From Candidatus Omnitrophota bacterium (GTDB taxonomy: Bacteria; Omnitrophota; Omnitrophia; Omnitrophales; Aquincolibacteriaceae), in NCBI GenBank assembly GCA_043821445.1, contig JBDRCT010000029.1:7317-71316 (forward strand): a stretch of 64,000 nt of DNA, written 5' to 3'. Position 1 is the first letter of the stretch. Each line of letters begins with the position of its first letter. This document shows, one piece after another, positions 60,701-64,000 of this stretch. A program made the translations under genes and the position numbers. The notes under the pieces are model-generated. The model ran no database searches. It was given only the letters and a program-made list of their open reading frames with translations, and was not told the origin of the DNA.

Positions 60701-61248
60701 AGTGTTATTCCGAGGGTAATGACCTGGTGGTGTTGGATGGGTCCGCTCAGAATGAATTGACCCGATTCACATTTCCCCGGCAATCACGGGAGCCTTACCA
60801 GTGTATTGCGGATTTCTTTAGACCGAAGGGAGAAGAGCCTGATATTGTCGCTTTTCACGCGGTGACCGTGGGTAAGCGTGCCAGTGAGATGGAGAAAAAA
60901 CTTTTTAAGGCAAATAAGTATTCGGAATACCTTTATCTTCACGGACTCTCCGTGGAGGCTACCGAGGCTTTGGCCGAGTATACGCATCTTCTGATCCGTC
61001 GTAATCTTGGGATCGATAAGCGGGACAAACGCACCAAAGATGAGATTTTCCGGCAAGGGTATCAGGGGTCGCGTTATAGTTTCGGGTATCCCGCCTGTCC
61101 GAATCTTGCGGACCAGAAAAAACTTTTCCATCTCCTTCCTGTGGAAAAGATCGGGATCACCCTGAGTGAGATCTTCCAGATGGTACCGGAGCAATCCACC
61201 TCCGCTGTCATTGTTCATCATCTGCAGGCAAAATATTTCAGCGTGTAA
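57796..61248 (+). CDS. metH: cobalamin-dependent methionine synthase
   Basis: 1150 aa. Hcy S-methyltransferase N-terminus (LVFDGALGTNLQ), pterin-binding and B12-binding (…GDVHDIGKN…) domains, and an AdoMet activation domain. Confidence 0.9.
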   Translation: MTHPFLKRLNEKILVFDGALGTNLQTLGLTPQDFGGKDGCNEYLVITKPDAIQSVHESFLKAGCDVIETDTFGSNRIVLTEYGLEDRVVELNERAARLAKALAQKYSSPDHPRFVVGAVGPGTKLPSLGHIGFNELKECYKEQYKGLIAGGVDGLLIETCQDLLQTKIAIIAAVEYFKETGRRLPLMAQVTLEPTGTMLLGTDIHAVIATLEMFPVDVIGMNCATGPAEMTEHIRTLCESSVKHISVLPNAGLPENVGGVAHYHLTPTELADFHERFVKEFGVSVVGGCCGTTPEHLKAVVDRVGKCIPKKRTPKHEPSCASLYGISAFAQKPAPLLVGEQANANGSKKFKQLLEHEDYDAIVDVAREAVKEGAHLVDLCVAYVGRDEKKDMGEVIRRFNQHVTVPVMIDSTEYVVIEEALKRVAGKPVINSINLEDGGERLRKICPMAKKYGAALVALTIDEKGMAKTREEKLRIAKRIYQIVTQQYGIRPEDLFFDLLTFTVGSGSEEFRNAAPETIAAIRRLKKELPDVHTILGISNISFGLAPHARQVLNSVFLHECVEAGLDAAIVHAQKIVPIFKIAADDLEIARRLLHNKWIGGKDPLQEYIVHFSGKRGTAGRPREKTCAVEETLKNHILDGSSDDLALHLDEALKKYKPLEIINELLLDGMKVVGELFGTGKMQLPFVLQSAEVMKKAVAYLEKFMDKTEGQERGRIVLATVKGDVHDIGKNLVDIILTNNGYKVFNIGIKQPVEAIMKAAIENRADAIGLSGLLVKSTLIMKEDLEEMSRRGIKLPVICGGAALTERYVERDLTPVYQGAVYYGRDAFSGLKIMEGIKQGSAPDKQEVKTSAPVISASPTPPPKAMPPRSSATNIIKGPSFHIHRDNPIPKPPFFGYRILKSLRMQDVFPWINKIALYRAQWQFKQGDRTPREFELYLQENVEPIFERFKARTVREKILEPKVIYGFYKCYSEGNDLVVLDGSAQNELTRFTFPRQSREPYQCIADFFRPKGEEPDIVAFHAVTVGKRASEMEKKLFKANKYSEYLYLHGLSVEATEALAEYTHLLIRRNLGIDKRDKRTKDEIFRQGYQGSRYSFGYPACPNLADQKKLFHLLPVEKIGITLSEIFQMVPEQSTSAVIVHHLQAKYFSV

Positions 61249-61343
61249 ACAGACTCGCTTCTTGGTAAGTTCGCTCGGGAAACGTCAAACGTTTTGCGCT
61301 AACTGTTTTCTGTTCAACGGAGACGTAGAATATTTAAAGACGA

Positions 61344-61382
61344 AAAACCGGGTTGCTTTTATAAAGCAACCCGGTTTTTTGA
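61344..61382. terminator. bidirectional rho-independent terminator between convergent metH and pckG
   Basis: AAAAACCGGGTTGC-TTTTATAAA-GCAACCCGGTTTTTT: 11-bp perfect stem flanked by A- and T-runs. Confidence 0.7.
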
Positions 61383-61390
61383 AAGTGTAC

Positions 61391-63178
61391 TTATTTCGAA
61401 ACGGCTTGTCCCAGTTTTTCAGTCAGCGTCCGGTACTCCTGCCAGATCGCTTCAGGCATATGAGAACCGAATTGTCGAAGGTATTTTTCGATCTCCTGGA
61501 GCTCCTCCGTCCATTCCGAAGGATCTACCGAAAAAAGTTGCTGGATCTTATCCTGCGGGATAGAAAACCCTGAAAGATCAAAATCTTTCATTTCGGGAAT
61601 GATCCCGATCGGGGTTTCTTTGGCGCCGACCTTGCCTTCAATACGATCGATGATCCACTTGATCACGCGGATGTTATCGCCAAAGCCCGGCCAAATGAAT
61701 TTTCCATTTTCATCGGTACGGAACCAATTGATGGAATAGATTTTGGGTTCGTGCTTGAGTCTTTTCCCGAAGTCGAGCCAGTGTCCAAAATAGTCACCCA
61801 TATTGTAGCCACAGAAGGGAAGCATGGCCATGGGATCACGGCGGGTGGCACCTACGGTAAGCGCTGAGGCGGCAGCGGTGATCTCAGAGCCCATGCGTGT
61901 GCCGAAAAACACGCCCTGCTGCCAGTTAAGGGCTTCCGCGACAAGTGGGATGAGTCTTGCGCGTTTCCCGCCAAAAAGGATCGCCGAGATGGGAACGCCT
62001 TGAGGGTTATCAACCTCTTTTGAAAGACTGGGGCAGTTATACATGGAGACCGTGAACCGGGAATTGGGATGCGCAGCCTTTGTCGCCTTGGAAGCGTCCC
62101 ACGGATTTCCCTGCCAGTCTTCAACATGTTGAGGGACCGCTCCGTCCAGGCCTTCCCACCAAGGTTCATTGCTGTCACGATCGATCGCGGTGTTCGTAAA
62201 AAGAGTCGGAAAGAACTTATTGTTCTTGAGCGTTTCGATCATCTTGGGGTTTGTCTTACGGGAAGTTCCCGGCGCGACACCGAAAAATCCAGCTTCGGGA
62301 TTGATTGCGTAAAGACGTCCATCGGGGCCTACATTGAGCCATGCGATATCATCGCCGACAGTCCAGATCTTATAGCCTGGAAGCGCGGATTGCATGAGTG
62401 CCAAATTCGTTTTTCCACAAGCGGAAGGAAGTGCCGCGGCGATGTAAGTGATTTTGCCCTTGGGGTCTTCGATCCCCATAATGAGCATATGCTCTGCGAG
62501 CCAGCCTTCCTTTTTTCCAAGGCAGGATGCGATGCGTAGCGCGAAGCATTTTTTGCCGAGCAGGGCGTTTCCGCCGTAGCCGGAGCCGAAGCTTTGGACA
62601 AGGTTTTCCTTGGGGAAATGCATGATGAAACGTCGTTCGGGATTGAGGTCCCCGATGGAATGGAGACCGCGGACAAAATTTTCGGAGTTTCCGATGCGGT
62701 CAAGAGCTTCTTTTCCCATGCGGGTCATGATGCGCATACTGACGGCAACGTAGCTATTGTCCGTGATTTGCACGCATGCTTTGGCATAGGGAGATTTGGG
62801 ATGTCCCATCATGTAGGGCATGACGTACATGGTGCGGCCTTGCATGCAGCCGTCGAAAAGGGCCGTCATTTTGGCCTTGGCTTCTTTCGGATCCATCCAA
62901 TTGTTGTTGGGTCCCGCCATTTCTTTGTCGGGATGACAGATAAAGGTCAGCTGTTCTGTCCGTGCGACGTCATTGGGATGCGAATGGTGGTAGTAGGCGT
63001 TTGGCCAGTTCTTTTCGTTCAATTTCTCGAAAATAGGTTTTCCGTTGAGGCGTTCTTCTTTGATGCCGATCTCGATCAACTCTTTCGCCTCCGCTTCCGT
63101 GCCGTCACACCAGTAGATCTTGGAAGGTTTGGTCAGTTTTGCTTGTTCTTCTACCCATCGTTCAAGTGGCGTTGCCAT
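61391..63178 (-). CDS. pckG: phosphoenolpyruvate carboxykinase (GTP)
   Basis: 595 aa. The PEPCK-GTP family pattern runs throughout (…YWCDGTEAE…, kinase-1a motif region …GSGYGGNALLGKKC…). Confidence 0.9.
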   Translation of the reverse strand: MATPLERWVEEQAKLTKPSKIYWCDGTEAEAKELIEIGIKEERLNGKPIFEKLNEKNWPNAYYHHSHPNDVARTEQLTFICHPDKEMAGPNNNWMDPKEAKAKMTALFDGCMQGRTMYVMPYMMGHPKSPYAKACVQITDNSYVAVSMRIMTRMGKEALDRIGNSENFVRGLHSIGDLNPERRFIMHFPKENLVQSFGSGYGGNALLGKKCFALRIASCLGKKEGWLAEHMLIMGIEDPKGKITYIAAALPSACGKTNLALMQSALPGYKIWTVGDDIAWLNVGPDGRLYAINPEAGFFGVAPGTSRKTNPKMIETLKNNKFFPTLFTNTAIDRDSNEPWWEGLDGAVPQHVEDWQGNPWDASKATKAAHPNSRFTVSMYNCPSLSKEVDNPQGVPISAILFGGKRARLIPLVAEALNWQQGVFFGTRMGSEITAAASALTVGATRRDPMAMLPFCGYNMGDYFGHWLDFGKRLKHEPKIYSINWFRTDENGKFIWPGFGDNIRVIKWIIDRIEGKVGAKETPIGIIPEMKDFDLSGFSIPQDKIQQLFSVDPSEWTEELQEIEKYLRQFGSHMPEAIWQEYRTLTEKLGQAVSK

Positions 63179-63275
63179 GGATATGACTCCTTTTGTATAG
63201 GGAATTGGGTTGCCGGTACGGGGTGAAGTCTACCGATGCAGGGTGAATTTGCAAGAAATTTTTGACTATCCTTGT

Positions 63276-64000
63276 CTAAGAAGCTGGATGGGAGGGGGAT
63301 GGAGGATTGTGGGAATGGATAAGTTCCGCGAACTCGTCAGATGTGATGACGTATTTTTTAAGTTCACGAGGTGTTTTACCCCAAACGCTGTATTCCGCCG
63401 CAACGAGGATCTCCTGAGCAGGTCCCGTCTCCATCAGGATCTTGGGAAGATGGACGTCGGCTTGCTGGATGTCTTCCGGCAGGAGGTCAGGATTCGTGAA
63501 TATCTTCCGATGCCATTCGTCCAGGGTTCCTGAGGAAACGGCATTTTTTTTGTCCGTTAAGTAAGAACGATTCTCCTGAAAAACGAGAAGAGGCATCCGT
63601 GAATAAATGACAACATGACCGTGCTTTTTCTTCCGCTTGCGACGGATCATCGCGTCATGAACTTTTTCGACGCTCATCACGACATCCGAACTGAATCGTC
63701 CGATCTTTTGACCGACGTATTTCAAGCCTCTGGAGATTTGCCACCTTAAAAAACCAAGGCCGTCGGCGGCGTAGCCGAGACTTTGGATGCGGGTCGGTTC
63801 CTCGCGCACTGACGAGATCCCCCAATTCAGGGGGGCCATGACAGCGCTGTCCAGGTCATAAAGGATGTCTTCGACCCAGACAACGAGTTTGTAAACGCGG
63901 ACTTGCATGATAGGTGTGATCCCGCCATAGCCGCCGGTCAGGACCGAGCCTAACAACCGGGCATCCGATAAAGAGGCTTGGCGGAGCTGAAGCGCATCCC
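63276..64000 (-). CDS. hypothetical protein, 5' end beyond the window
   Basis: The reading frame stays open to the window edge. No confident family assignment. Confidence 0.35.
   Translation of the reverse strand, partial: DALQLRQASLSDARLLGSVLTGGYGGITPIMQVRVYKLVVWVEDILYDLDSAVMAPLNWGISSVREEPTRIQSLGYAADGLGFLRWQISRGLKYVGQKIGRFSSDVVMSVEKVHDAMIRRKRKKKHGHVVIYSRMPLLVFQENRSYLTDKKNAVSSGTLDEWHRKIFTNPDLLPEDIQQADVHLPKILMETGPAQEILVAAEYSVWGKTPRELKKYVITSDEFAELIHSHNPPSPSHPAS

Overview
This 64-kb window is a chromosomal segment from a Gram-negative bacterium. The diderm call rests on Mla lipid-transport genes, lptE, a BamD-like protein, murJ and a GspA/GspB pair. GC content is uneven: an AT-richer backbone with GC-rich patches at about 21.9-26.1 kb and 31.6-40.4 kb.

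The plus strand carries dense housekeeping operons: ribH(3' end)-nusB-ribD-ribE, mlaEFD, rplU-rpmA-obg-proB-proA-nadD, leuS, lptE-holA and murJ-uvrC-metH. rpsT and pckG are on the minus strand.

Seven accessory segments sit between these operons:
- An RsbW-like kinase and a STAS protein placed in front of mlaEFD.
- A three-gene cluster that starts with a ParA-type ATPase fused to an AMPK-beta/CBM48-like glycogen-binding domain, followed by a MinD/FlhG-like protein with a destroyed P-loop.
- A GC-rich cassette of a TPR/beta-barrel outer-membrane protein, two paralogous secreted FecR-domain proteins and a decayed CHASE2 adenylate/guanylate cyclase. An IS element with 36-bp terminal inverted repeats abuts it; its transposase carries an in-frame TGA.
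- A bactofilin fused to a helix-turn-helix domain, beside a membrane-anchored HTH paralog.
- A 1.1-kb non-coding patchwork of tRNA-Ala, tRNA fragments and repeats. It opens a roughly 10-kb island bounded by 43-bp direct repeats derived from the tRNA-Leu 5' half. The island carries a 2.9-kaa cyclic beta-1,2-glucan synthase gene split by a frameshift, and an integrase remnant next to the intact tRNA-Leu(CAA) that immediately precedes leuS.
- gspA/gspB-like genes followed by comEC.
- A 1000-aa protein with a BamD-like TPR N-terminus and a giant coiled-coil tail.

Three genes are disrupted. Two carry single-base deletions in homopolymer runs and one carries a nonsense TGA, so either the genome is decaying or there are homopolymer sequencing errors.

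No CRISPR array and no rRNA were seen.
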